Origin: Lama glama
Taxonomy: Eukaryota
Assembly (NCBI GenBank): GCA_028534125.1
Contig: CM052816.1
Span: forward strand, 25,918,001-25,982,000
Direction: 5' to 3'
Length of the DNA stretch: 64,000 bases
Positions within the stretch are counted from its first letter, which is position 1. The number at the start of each line of letters is the position of its first letter. Below, piece by piece: positions 49,436-63,149 of this stretch. The notes beneath the pieces were generated by a model. That model ran no database searches. It had not been told where the DNA came from and saw nothing but the letters and a program-made list of their open reading frames with translations. The position numbers and the translations under genes were made by a program.

Positions 49436-52400
49436 TGACACCATTGGAAAGTTAACTGTGACAGTATATTTACAAGAGTTGTTATTCTTTTTCTGGGGGG
49501 TTAGTGACAAAGTTCCATAGATTTTATGGTAATTTCCCTGACATTATTTTCTTTCAAAGTCCTGTTGGTCTTAGCATGCAGTTCTACAAAATGCAAGCTT
49601 TTTGGGTTCTTGAAGTTATCACAGAAATACCTGTAAAACATCTTAAAGGTTCAAAGTCATATCCTTGGGCAATAATATAGTCAGTGTTTGAGCAACACAG
49701 AAAAGGCAACTCAAGACAGCACGGTGCAGGAGATGTTGCAGTCAGAGGGGCAACTCTTGTAAAGTAAGGATCTCCACCATTGGACACATGATGCCACAAC
49801 CACACATGGGCACGTACACTAGTGATTCTGGTGGCCTCTGTATTCTCCTTCCTGTCCTGTGGGAGAGAGATGCTGCAGACTGGGTTTTAGATGACTTAGG
49901 AACCTTCCAATCCAGGAGAGGCTTTGTTACTCAGTGCATTCCCTCTTGCATTTGAGGTCCAGGTTATCTCGGTTGATTGTTGTGTCTGCTGCATGGTCAT
50001 TGTTGTGATGTTGTGATGATCTGCACACATTAGAGAAGAAGATGTGGAATTCTAGTAACCTGGAAAGTAATGTGCATGCCCTTCAATTTATGTTTATATT
50101 CTTTATATCGACTTCTACCTTATGAGGTGAACTCGATTTTCATTTCCAACTCAGCCACTGATTTGTTGTGTGACATCAGTCAGATGACATCACCCCTGGG
50201 GTTTGCTTCTCAGAAACTGAAAATGAGGATGGCTTTTTCAATCCCCATGTCCTTTCTTGGCCCGACATGTCAATTATGTGTCAGTTACCCTGTGCCTTTT
50301 CCTGACATCTCAGAGTAATGGCCATACCCACCGTCCCTCTTCTGTGTTTGACATCACTGAATCTGCCCAGTGATCGGTGTTCTACCCAGTGACAGACAGT
50401 TCATAGTCTGCCCAGTGGTTTCAGAGGGATATGGCCTGAGAGCTGAGCCCAGCCCCTCCACACAAGGGACCAATCAGTCCTGTCACTTGAGTAGCTTGAA
50501 CTCAAAATTAGTTGGTAAGAGTGGGAGCAGGTGAACTGGAGATCCAGTTCCAGGGAGGAAGTTGCATCATCCCCACCAGCCCCCTGCCCCCATGGAGCAC
50601 TGGAGAGGGGAACTGCATAAGTCAGCTGCTCAGGGGACAAGACGGCTTGATGCATTGTCTTGAATGATGCTCTGATCTCTGTGAGAGTTGACTGGGCTGA
50701 ATTGGAACGATTCCTGACTATCTCGCTTTCCAGTGAGTTCTTATCTAATGGTGTGTTTTACCACTGCCTGGTTCAGGGGTGAAGGTGGAGAGGAGGGGGG
50801 GCTTGAGCCCAGTTGAATCCACATACTGGTGCAGGGCCTTTTCTCCCCACACCACCCACTCCCCACGTGGAATCCGGGTTCCTGTCCTTCTTTGAGGGTT
50901 CATGAGTGTTCAGGGTGATTGAAGCTTGGATTAGGTTTTTGGGGCTGAAAAGTCATGGGCTCTGGTTCTCCCAGAGGGTCACCGAGTATGTGCTGTCTGC
51001 TGTCCTGGCACGGCTTTGGCCAGAGCAGTGGGAAGGAGACTTAGAACAGCTCTTTGGAGCAGGAGGTGCATTGTTCAAGGTGGGGACCAGACAGTGTGAA
51101 GAGGCTGACTAGTTCCCAGGGGCTGCTCATGCAATCCCTACTGGTGACAGAGGGCATATTCGAGGACAAGAGGCCAGGAAGCCCTCAGTTTCCCAGGGGA
51201 TTATGATGTCACTCCTGCCTCATGCTCACTCCAAGCCCCTCTTCCCCGCAGGCCTGCACGTGTCCCCTCCCTTTGGTTCTCTCCTCGCTGCCTCTCTTTC
51301 CCTGAGCCTTGGGAAGTCCAAGGTTATCTTGGTGCATACATGGAGGAAGGGTGGGAGTGCTCTTTCCTCTTGCTTTTTATAGATTTTGAGTCCTCTCTAT
51401 TCTTCTAGCTTTAGGATACTAGGACCTTGAGACACTTCAACCCAGTCATCGACTTCTTTATCCTTTGCATTTTGCTATAGCAGCTGTGGGCCTAGAATGC
51501 CATGGGCTTAGCTGCTGGAATTGAGGATGAGGTGGGGGAGTGAGGTGGATAGGGCAGCCTGCACCATAATGAAGAAAGGATAAAAAGAGCTCTGGTTAAT
51601 TGGCGTGGGCAACCAGTCCCATGGCCCCTTGGAGGGACTCTAAGCACATGCCTCTCTGTGCACCCTGAAAGAGCCTAACATACTTTCTCTGAGTTTCTGG
51701 GGAGCAAAAGATTTCCAGATCTCACTGAGTGGGCCCTCTATTTCAGGGAGTATGATAAGGTCCAGTGTATCTAAGTTACTTGGGAGGTCTCTGAAGCTTG
51801 TTAGGTTACAACCTGTAATACTGAAAGGGAGGAAGATGAACGGAGACCATTAAAGCACTAAGATATTGATCGAATAATACCTTGGCTATTGGACTTCTGC
51901 TTAGGAGGGATCCAAGTCTAACTATTTATTCAAGAACCAAACCAAAGAAAAAACTTGAAAATGCACAAAGTCAACAGGATAGAATCTCTGATTTGAAGTA
52001 TGAAAGCAACTGCATGTGTTAAATCACCCACCAAGCTTTCTCTGGAATACACTCAGTTACAGGTGAAGTTCCTAAGGAAGATGAACAATTGCAAATCAAA
52101 TGGAATGAGCTAGACAGGACCTCTAGGCCAGGGGTCGTATTTGCCAAAGAGGTTTTAAAAAAATAGCAAAAATATATGATGATAAAATCTTCCAGTTTTT
52201 GAGGAGTGCAATTTTGATCATCTGGCATCTGTATCACTCCTTTTGTAAGTAGTCACTAACAAATACACACCTTTTCTGTTCTGTAATCTGAGTCAATTAA
52301 ATGTTTCATCCAAGGAACAGAAATAAGCATTGTGTCAATTCCCACCCTCCCCCTGTGAAGAGCTCGGTCAGTTACAGTTCACAGGACACCACATTGCCCA

Positions 52401-53479
52401 GGAAGGTAGAATTATTTTAAGGAGGTTATTATGCTGAGGACAAAGGATAAGGGGGGAAAGTCATTTACATTCCACAGTTACTCCCCAGGTAAAAATGCAA
52501 AATAACAGAAGATGGTATTAAAATAAGATGTGTCTAAAATGTGTAGAAAGTCTTATTTGCGGTTCAGTCAACCACCATAATTAAATCTCATACCAGCATC
52601 TTCTAATAAACTATGAAGATACATTAACTCCCTATTGATCAGCATTTTGTCTTAGATATTAATCTTTTAGGAAATGAATGTCCATAATCACATTTGACCA
52701 TGACCATTGCCTGGCGCTACAGTGACAGATACATATCATCGCATGTATTAGGCTGTAACCAGTTAAGTACAGGGGGCCATAACTGGTTCATCTTTGAATC
52801 TCACTCAGTACTTCATCCAAAAGGGATCAGGAAACATTTACTGAACTGGACATATTTTCTAACCCTCATGCAATCCCTGCCTTATCTCCCAAAGCTCTGT
52901 AATTGATGTAATTTATTTAGTCATTGTTTACTGAACAGGTACTACATGCTTTGGCAGTGGCTCTGATCAAGCTAGCATGATGCATCTCCTTCTGGAGTGT
53001 AAGTTCATGTGTTGGGAGACAGGCCAGCAGCACCTCGGGGATCCAGGCGATCTGGCCCCTGTCCTGGGCCTCCTGTTATATGGGGCCCTGCTCTAGCCAT
53101 GGACAAGGAGTCCTGGGGCCAATGAAATAATTTCCACCTAAAGCACACTGCCTCCACCTTTCCTCCAGGGGTCTGAGATGGGAGTCCCTGCCTACACAGG
53201 TCCAGCGGCTTCCCAGGTATAAACTGGCCTCTGTCCAGATCCACCTCTCTGGAGCAGAAAACATGACCCTGTAAGCATTGCCAGGCCCATGGATTGGCTT
53301 TGGGCAGTAGTTTAAGAAAGGAGTTGTGGATAGAGCTTGGGTGTATGAGCTGGTGTCCAAATGCACACGTAGCTCCTCTCAGTCATGTTAAAACTGTGAA
53401 TGGAAAGAAAGGAGAAAGCAAAGCACAGTCAAGGGGTTTCCATTTGTAATCTTGTCCCAACCCCACATCTATTAGGAAC

Positions 53480-54175
53480 AGGTCTGTACATAGGTAAAAG
53501 GATAGCACACTGAAGGCAGGATGCATTGAGTATTGATGGCACCCCCAGAACTAGGTTGCTCAGGGAAAGCTTCCCAGAGGGACTGACTTGTAATGTGCCT
53601 ACTGTAGGAGGAAGAGAATCCTAGGGATAGGGGACAGTGAGGGAAACAGTGTGTATCTCTTTGGAAGACCTGCATATTCAATATGACTGAATCTCAGCAC
53701 ATATATGTGTCTCCATGTGTGTACAGGGGGCTGGGCAGGGGGAAGCTGAGGTGGGCAAGGATTAAGTACAAAAGATAAGGAGATAAGATTGGAAAGGCTC
53801 GTAAGAGCAGGACCATGAAGACCTTGCTGGACTGAGTTGGAAGTTGATCCTAAGGGCAATCGATGAGAAGGCATTGATGGGTTTTAATCTGGGGGAGTAT
53901 GATGTTTTGAAATGTATCTGAGCTTGTGGAGAATGGACTGGAGATGCTGGTGGGCTAAACTGGAATGAAACATGGGTAAAGAGAGAAGTGGACAGAGTCG
54001 AGATATTTAAGAGGTGGGTTTGATAGGATTTTGTGATACACTGAAGGGGAGGTGATAGTAGCAGAGACAGTGGGCTTAAGGATGGCTTAGGTCTTCTGAA
54101 TTAGACAAGAGATGTTGGTGGCAGCATTGAGTTGTAAGGCACAGGACAAGGGAGAGTTGAAGGGATGTGATCAGT
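53480..54175 (-). mobile_element. L2 LINE fragment
   Basis: 'cagggaaagcttcccagagg', 'ttgatcctaagggcaat', 'gagaagtggacagagtcgagatattta'. Confidence 0.65.
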
Positions 54176-55671
54176 TACTCTCTTAGTCTTTCACTCCATT
54201 TCCTGGATAGAGCCTCTCACCTCGATTCAGAAGGGGTGGGGCTAAAGGACCCTAAAGAGAAGCTGTTAGATGTCCCTTTTCCAACACATCACCCTAACAT
54301 GGCATGTTATGAGGGCTGAGGGAAGTTTCTTCTTTATGCTTCAGTAATTCCATTCCTGGAAGGAAACCTCAGTTAGAATAACCTTTGGGCTGCCCTACTG
54401 TCATCAATATGGGATCCTGAGTCAGTCGCATGAGGACAGCCCAGGGCCTGCTCTCCATCCCTGAGTGTGACACAGCTACCAGCACCATGCCTGTATGGTT
54501 TCTTTGAAATCAAAGCCATAGAGAGTCCAGCCTAGTGGCCAAACTTGGCAGATTGGCAAGGCTGGTTCCACTGTTTTTCCTCTCTCATTGAGGGAATACA
54601 TAAGCATTTTCTCCTTCTAACTTTTTGTCTGACTTTGAAAGAGCTCTAAGTTCAAGGCTGGAACTTTACAAACATCCTTCTGAGACCCAGATTGATTCAA
54701 CTTTTCTTCATCAGCCCCTTCACCTCCCTTTACCAGCGTCCTTACTCTCTCAAAGGTTGAAAATGTTGGTCTTGCTTGTCTTCAAGTAGATCCTGGAATA
54801 AACTGATTCCTACTCGGTCCTTTCGCTGCACAGCTGTTGGCAAAGCATATCTGCCCAGTGACTTGGAGAAGTATAACGGGGGAAGGAATGGGTAACAGGG
54901 AAGGACAGCTGCACCAGGAAGGAGCTTACACCATGTGTGGCCCTGGCAGGAGCAGACTCGGTGTGATGTGTAACAGGGCTTGGAAGTAGAGCAGGAGGAG
55001 TGGAGGGACTGCCCAGGGAGGGATGGATGTGAGGAGTGTTGAGAACTTCTGTGGTTCTGAATAACACACTGATTGCCTTGGAAGAGATATGGCATAGGTA
55101 GGAGTTAGATTTTGCTTGAAACTATAGCCTGAAGGGTATCAACTGATTCAGTTTTGTGGCTTCAATCCTGGGAAAGCAGAGAAGGGCAACTTCCATAACT
55201 AAGGAAAAAGCAGTCCCTCCCATGAAGGGTAGAATCAAATGGTGTCGGTTTAGAATTTATGAGAACATGGTCATTGCTATCCCAGACAAACATCTCTTTT
55301 CTGTGTAGGACCTTGGAGAGTGAGACTGTCAGAAAATGACAAACAGAAATCTACAGTATGAGTGTCTGACCCCACATAGTCACTGAAGCAGTCACTCCTG
55401 CCCCATAAAGCAGTTATTTCCCACTCTTCGGTGTCATCAGTATACCCTCAAGTCCCTTAGAGAGTCTCCTGAAAGTAATTTCCATTCTTCTCTTTAGCTG
55501 AACTTCCAAATAATGTTTTGTAGGCTTATCAGCTGAGTGTGAAATTGATGTTTATTTTTAGTCCCCCAATTGGTTGAGTAAATGTGTTCCTATATCTAAT
55601 TTCCACCTAATGAAAATATAGAAATCTCTTTTGAGGAGCTATCTTTGGAATTATCCTACTGGCAGCTTTCT

Positions 55672-55837
55672 CTTTTTTAAAAAAATTTTTTGTTAGTTTT
55701 GTTTTGTGAGGGGAGGTAATTAGGTTTATTTGTTTGTTTGTTTATATTTAATGGAGGTACTGGGGATTGATCCCATGACCTGGGGCATGCTAAGCATACC
55801 GCTCTCTACCACTGAGCTATACCCTCCCCACCACCAT
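55672..55837 (-). mobile_element. tRNA-Ala-derived SINE (camelid Vic-1-like), long form with perfect 13-bp TSD
   Basis: 'gggaggtaattaggtttattt...tggaggtactggggattga...gcatgctaagca...ctaccactgagctataccctcccc'. TSD ctggcagctttct at 55659-55671 and 55838-55850. Confidence 0.92.
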
Positions 55838-58046
55838 CTGGCAGCTTTCTTAGTAACCTTTAGAACCACATCCCGTTCACCATCTAGCCTGCTGACTGAC
55901 CTTTTAAATGTGCCTGTGGGAAAATGTAAGCTCAGATCCATACAAATATGTTCAGAATATAGAGCATTTATCTTAGGAATAATGCATCTATCAAAACAAA
56001 GATGGGGGATTTTAAATGAAAGGTCTACTTATCCAGCACCATACATTTTTATAATTCCTAGATCAGGAATCCATAGAAGGATTTAGGGTGAGAAAGTTAC
56101 TTTTGATTTCCAAGGGAGGACAGCAGTGGCGTAGAGTGTAGGGAGGGTGTAGCTAGTGATGACAAAGTTCAACTCTGGGGAGGGCTACTGAGACCAGATG
56201 GACTGAGGTAGCTTGCTTCCCGATGGAAATCTTAGTAAATCTTGGAGAAGCCACATGGAGTTGGCCATTCACTAAATCTCTTACCAAAAAGTCTTCTTGA
56301 TTTAACTCCAGTTTCCGGTGTAATCCCCAAGTCTAGGCATGTGCCAGTGCTCACTTACATGATTGCTCTGCAGGAATCTTCCCTGGAATGCTTCTTTGGG
56401 AAGGGACCACTTAGTATCTGATGAGAAATTACTTGTGGATTAAAATTAATTCCTCTTTAACAGTCTAGAGAAGTAGTGACCCTAAGATGGACTAATTGCC
56501 CAAGATGTTTATTTAAGGGGGAGGCAGATTCAAAAGATCTTATCATATTGAAAACAAGGGAAAAACCATAGCCTGAACACAGAATTATTATTTTTTTTTT
56601 TGCTTTACAATTTACAATACAGTTTTACAAATACAATGTGTAGTGTTAAAATAAGAATAGTGATTGAGTTAATTCTGCATTGTTTGTGTCAATGAGAGGC
56701 ACCAGGGTAAGACACTAGTGTGGCAAATAAAGACCTCTCCCGCCCCAACTTCTATTTCCTATTTCTTTCATGTCTCAGATATTTGGTTATTTTCTTCTTG
56801 CATCAGAAATACCACTTCTCTCCTTGTCCATCTGGTAAACCTCCACTCACCTATGAAGCTCAGCTTATTCGTGGCCTCCTTAGTGGAACAGTCTGGTCAG
56901 GTTCCTCTGTACAGAGTTAACAGCTATCTTTTGGGCTCTCAAGTGCGTCTAGGTTGGTGTACCCTACACCATATTGTAGAAATGTCTCCAGTGTTGGACT
57001 GTGCACTTTGCTTAGATCGGGGCTTCATTTTATGATGATATTCATTTTTTTATAATGACCCTGCATGCAGCACAGAACCCAGAAACTAGTAAGAGTTTTT
57101 TTAAGGTAAGTAAACAAATATTTACTGCATAACTAGTATGGATGAGGCAGAGAAGGAACTGCATAAAATATTAGGCGAGATTTCAGTCCATTTAGAACTT
57201 GTAATCTAGTTAGAGTGGCAGGACACAAACAATGCAAGGCAACAAGTGGGAAAAGGCAGAGGGATGACTCCAGGGCCACAAGTACTAACGTGATAGAGAC
57301 TGGCATTCCTCTTGGGCTGGCATAGCAAGCAAATCCTTGACGCAAGTTCTCCAGAGAGAAGTCATCTGTCTCTTTCTTTTGAATTCTAAAGTTAGTTTAT
57401 ATATCTTTCGTGACATTCATCACATTCCACGTTGTCATACAGATATTTGTGTCACATGTCATCTTCTCTTCTTGCTAGAGTAAATTTTATTCATTTCTTA
57501 AAATATCCTGCAGTGCAGGGGTTGAGCATTGTGTTACGAATACGGTAGGTGTTCAGGTGGGCTCTGTTGAATGAATAAAATACTTGCCCTGGATGGTGAG
57601 TGCTACATAAATTCAAGGTAGGAAAGTTCATGACCTGCTCTTTTGGTCGTTGAATGCTTAGAACAAGAGAAGGAATTGAGCTCTATTTTTAAGTAAAGAG
57701 GAGATTTGTCTAAATAGATTCAGGGAAGGTGTTCTCTAAAGAGACAATGGTAGGAGCAAAGGTTTGGGAAGAGGGCTACAAGGACACATGTTGGAGGGGA
57801 GGAGAGCGGATAGAAATAGGACTCACGGAGGAGAGCATGAATGGTGTGGGAAGGGTGACTCAGTCCACTTTTTCCATTGTTGGTGAAGCCTGCCTCTCTG
57901 TCTCACTCCCCAATTATCTCTTAATGCCAGCTAGTACTATGATGGTGGCCATGCATTCGGCCCATCATTACTGCATTGTGGCAGATGGAGAAGGATGAAA
58001 AGAAAGAGGAGGAAGCAGAAGAGAGAACAAGGATATGGGATGGAGT

Positions 58047-58066
58047 GAATAAATAAATAAATAAAT
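58047..58066. repeat. (AAAT)n microsatellite
   Basis: aataaataaataaataaat seen directly. Confidence 0.8.
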
Positions 58067-60309
58067 ATGGAAAAGCTCTGGAATAAAGAATTAGTGGGTC
58101 CTAGTGAGTTCTCGAGCTAGTCTGGCAGCAGCAATGGCCCGGCCTTCTGAGTTTAACTGAAAGTTGATGAAGTTGCTAAGCGAGATAATTTCCAATATTG
58201 TAAATGTTTTTCCTCCTTTGTGTAGATCCAAGAGAAAAATCTAACTTATGTCTTCTTTTTCAATGTGAAGGAATTGCTACATCAGCAGAAAGACTCATTT
58301 ATAAAGATCTTGCTTTGGTGAGTTTGTCAAAGTGTTTGTTTCTGCTCTGTTTTTTTTTTTTTTCTTTACAAAGAATTGAAGGGATTCAGTGTTTGCCATT
58401 CTTTGGTTATCTTAACACAAGTGTAGTGTGGGATGGTGAAGTTTAACACCATGACTGTATTAGACACAGGCAGGCAAATTCAGTGGCTATAAAATAATAG
58501 TGGGGGTTTCTCTGTAGGTAAAACAGTGGTAATTGTATCCTTCAGTTGAGGGCAAAAAGTGATTGTACATGGGGATTAGGAGAGCAATCTGCTGGCCGCA
58601 AACCTCATGGCATCTTTGGGAGGTGCATTCATTTTAAGCCTGTTTCCCCTCCTTTGAAGCCGGAAGTTATTGGCTACTGCCCGAGGCCTGTTAAGACCAT
58701 GTGAGGATCAAAAGCCCAACTGGGGTGGGAAATCCTTTGTTCCTGGCCCTCTCATAATAACTTTTTCCTTTCCTTTGACTGAGAGAAGCAAGTCAAATAG
58801 GATTATCCTAATGGAACAGAAGTGTTTTATATAAAAAGTTCAAAAAAGAAGTCCAAACAAATTCCAGTGTCTTTCAGTTACTGAATACTGTTTTATTACT
58901 GAGCCAAAATGGAAATTATACTGGTGGCAAGTGGGCCATTTTCTGAGGCTCTAAAGAAACCATCCTTTCTCAAATTATGACTGATTTACAAGCAAATGTA
59001 ATGGTCCTTTTAACCACAGTAAATAAGTAAAACAAATGTTTTTCTTCTAATTCAAAGCCCTTAAAAGTACAAGCTTCAAAGACTGGCTCCATCTCAAATT
59101 ACTTTAGTACAACTCCAACTTGTTTCCATTGTTGCAAAACTGCAAACCATATGCCCTAAAATGAAAGTAAAGATACCCTCAAATGACACCTTCAGGGGAT
59201 AATAAAGTGTGATACGGGTGCAGAAAGCACAATGCAGTCATATACAAAAGAGAAACACAGCCATAAAGTGATAAAACGATGACGTTGGAGTTGCTTTCTG
59301 GGCACCATTGTTTTAAAGACAGTTTGAACTGCTGTCTCACAGTTAAATAACACTCACTTCCTGATCTTCAGGTACTCGGTTGACATGGAATCTGACCACA
59401 AGGTGGCTTCCCGACAAGTCCTTCTTGTGTGCTTGACTGTGAAGACCACTTTGGTGGGGACAGGAAGTTCAGGTGGTTCTGTGTGAGACTCAATTCTAGA
59501 AAAATGGTGTTCTTAGAAACCGGACGTATTGCACAGAAGGGAAGCTTCACAAAAGCAAGTGGTTCCATGGGGTGTTTTAGCATTTATCCCTTGTCATGTG
59601 AAATCTACCTTGAGTGTTTTCAAGCAGAGGACAGATCTGGGAGTGCTGGGGGATGGGGAGGGGCTTCCCTGAGCATGGGGTTCAGCTGTGTGCTTTGTTG
59701 AAAATCTTGCAGAGAGTCTGGAATTCTCCGGTGCTTCCAGAGAGCAGGTTTGCAGGGCAGAGGAGTAATTGCAGCCATTTACCCTTTCAATTAAAATTTG
59801 CCTGGGTGGCTGGCTGCCGGTTTCAATCTTTTTTTCAGTAATTTAGGGAGAAGGTGAGGAATGGGTGGATTGTAAGATGGATGGAGTCAATGCAGGAGCA
59901 GCAAATAGGGAATTGCAGGGAGGGGCCTGGGAGATGCTGACGGGTAACATCAGTGCAGGGTCACGTTAGCAAGAGGCCGTGTCCTTTTCTGCTCTGGACA
60001 GAGCATGTGCACTGGTGGTCCACTCCTGTCTTTGGGTCATGCAGTGCTCTAAAAGTTAAATTATTTGGCAACATGAAAAATCAGACATTTCATTTAAAAA
60101 CCTGCATTTTGATTCTCCAGAATCACTGGAAGATACGGCCAGGTGGGACATTCATTGTATCTGAAACTTATTAACAGCTGCCCCTTAGATGAGGTGTGTG
60201 TTTTCTCCAGACTTTTAGATGGTCCCTGTGCACATCTGAGTTTTGAAGTTCCATCTTTAGGACTCTGTTTCCTCCACTAGAAGTAAAAATAGTTTATATT
60301 ATTAGGGGC

Positions 60310-60465
60310 CAGTTCTCATCCTAATCACATCATACATGTTAACTTATTTAACCCTCACGACAATCTGATAGGGAGGTACTGCCACCACCACCATTTTAGT
60401 GATGAAGAAATGGAAGCCAAGGGCAGGAAAGTAGCTTTCCTAAGCTCCCACATTCAGAGATGGCA
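60310..60465 (-). mobile_element. MIR SINE
   Basis: 'ttatttaaccctcacgacaatctgatagggaggtact...ccattttagtgatgaagaaatggaagcc'. Confidence 0.65.
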
Positions 60466-61022
60466 CATTTGTCATTTTGGTGTAAGGAAGCTTCCATGAG
60501 TTATCTTGAAGGGAAAACTGGGCTTGGCCACATGCTATTATCAGTTCTTATTTTAATGTAGTTTTGCACTTTAAACCCTCAGCCCTACTATTAGTTGATA
60601 ATTTAAGTCATATGGACGTAAAATGCTGCGAATGTGTCACATGTCCTCAGCCTGGGTCAGTGGGTCCCTAAATATCAGTTGTGTCCATGAGGAATCATTT
60701 CTTGGGATAGATAGTGTCAGACAAATCTCGCAATTTTCCCCAACGTCAATGCCAGTTTAATATTAGTAATGCTAGGTTAAAGTGAATGGCTAAAACAGCC
60801 TTGAAATTAAAAAGTAAGTGTAAGGATAAAAGCAACTTACGGTTTACAGGGTAAGTAGGCATTTGTATCTGGACAACAGTGCTCTCCTTTGGCCTTGATA
60901 TTGTGGCTCATAGATTAATTGCATTTATGGAATGCATGATATATTGTGAAAGAGAGAGCTAGAGAGGAAACAACAGAGAGTCCCTGCTGGGGAGGGGTTT
61001 TGTGCATGTGTGTGCGTATGTG

Positions 61023-61372
61023 TGTTATGGACGGGATATGTCCCTCCTCCTAATTCATATGTTGAAGGTCAACATGATGGTGTTTGAAGGTGGGGCCTTT
61101 GGGAGATAATTGGATTTAGATAAGATCATGATGGTGTGTCATGGGTTTAGTGTTCTTGTAAAAAGGAGAGAAGACAGCCAAGCACTCTGTCTCTGCCATA
61201 CAAGGACACAGCAAGAAGGCAGGTATCTGCAAGCCAGGAAGAGAGCCCTCTTCAGGAATGGAATCGGCTGGCAACTTGACCTTGGACTTCTTAGTCTCCA
61301 GCACTATGAGACGTAAATTTCTGTGTTTAAACCACCTGGTCTTCAGTATTTTGTCATAATCTGGGCTAAGAC
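61023..61372 (+). mobile_element. MaLR solo LTR (MLT1A-like)
   Basis: TG...CA ends: 'tgttatggac...aattcatatgttgaag...ggtggggcctttgggag...tctgcaagccaggaagagagccctc...ttggacttc...gggctaagaca'. Confidence 0.9.
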
Positions 61373-63149
61373 AGTGGGTATGTGTGAGAGGCAGGCCCCT
61401 TCTCAGGGCAAGTGGCTGGGCCCAAGTGGACAAATGCAAGGCTGAGAGGGGCCGGGTTAGCTGAAGTTTCCCTATTGGTTGAATGACCCTCTTCATTCTC
61501 AGTCCTCCTGGCTCCAGAAGCCCCCAGGCGACCCCAGCCTGAAAGCATTGGACCTCCCTGGCTCCAGTGATGAATTTGTGAAGTTTAAGTGACCTGATAG
61601 GACAGTAACAGTTCTGTCTGAGGCCTTGTCCTAGAGTTAATTGAAAGAGATCTGTGTGGTAGGTGGGTGGTTTAGCTGAGAGCTTGTAAACCTGGAGCTG
61701 TGGGTGAGCATCTGGGCCTCGACACAGGAGATGCTACTGGAGATCAAATATGATGTGGAGTGCAGTAGAGCCAAGAGATGATCAGGAGATCCCTGATGGC
61801 TTCGAACCCCCAAATTCCCTTTTGCCTTAAGCTGGCATGGGGTGGCATTTCTTTTTTCTACGACTAAAAAACATGCTGATGAGCACCTCAGTAACACACA
61901 GTTTCCGCAGGCTGCAGGCACCCGGAGTGGTTGTCTTCCACAGCAACCGTGCTGGATGTCAGCACGCTCAGGATTATGTGTTGGAGAGAGAAACATCAAA
62001 CCTAGCTTTCAGGGCTGTGGTGTGAGGAAAGCCAACATTTTTTTCAGAGAAATGGAAGGTTGTCACAGAAGAAGCAAATAAATACTATATGGTTGTGTTC
62101 CCCTCTGCGAAGTTTGGCAGTATTTCCCTTGACGGAAAGTTACAAAATGATTCTTCTCAAGGCTATGCTTACTAATTGGTCTGCCTGGGAAAAAAAGTGT
62201 ATCCATCGTGTCTACAACTTCATTACTGTCAAGCTTTCCTTGTCTGTGGCAAAAACAGCCAGTTGGAAATGTGTGGCTGTACCTTTTAAGGTTATCACAA
62301 AGTCTGATGTTTGTCTGCCTATTATTTCATTATGCTTCCACATATTTCCTCCAGACCTTGTTAATTACTGTTAATTTCCCCTCCATGACACTGCTGTACC
62401 ATTATCCATTCGACTTTGAGAGTGGCTTCCATCTAGGATCTCTTTTAGCTTTACCATGTCGCCTACTGTGCAGGATGAAGCATTAAAAACATGATGCCAA
62501 TGACATGTTTTTCTTATATCAGTAAAGTGGGAACTGTAAAATTAAGAAAGTGTCATTGACTTTGGAGTCTTTTGAAACAAATTCTCTCCTATTGTCAAAA
62601 TAAGAATTCTCTGGACGAATTCCAATATTGCTCTGTTCCTGAGAATATGTATGAATGTGTGTAATTAACAATGACTTCTCCCCCATTAAATTAGTCTACT
62701 TTGACAGAAGAAAAAAGCCTTTAGAAATAAGGGAGCAATGCCAAGATTTAAATTTGTTCACCAGAATGGAAGATATAAAACATATTCCATTCATTCATAC
62801 ATTAATTATTTGGAGGGTTCCGTATTCATTAGCACAGAATGGCCCAGGTAACTTGACATTTAAGGAAAATAGAGGTCACAGGCGATACTAGACTGTTGTT
62901 TACAACTTCAGGAGTCATTCTTGAAGAAACAAATGTTCAAAAATTCTACAATTTTCAAGCTAGAAAGAAACTCAGAACCTATCTAACCATATATTCCCAT
63001 AAACTTTTTAACTTAAAGATTCTGGGCCTCAATGAGGTTGTGTTGAATGTTACGACAGTGAGAATAGGAGCCTGGGTGCTTGGCTCCTAGTGGAGTGAAA
63101 ATTTCTGCACAGTGAAGCCATCAATACATCAACATTTTTTTGTTGGGGG

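Noticed and set aside
59358..59436. Minus-strand exon candidate (cacag|...|gtgagt)
   Set aside because: Poor pyrimidine tract and no recognisable peptide in the two open frames.
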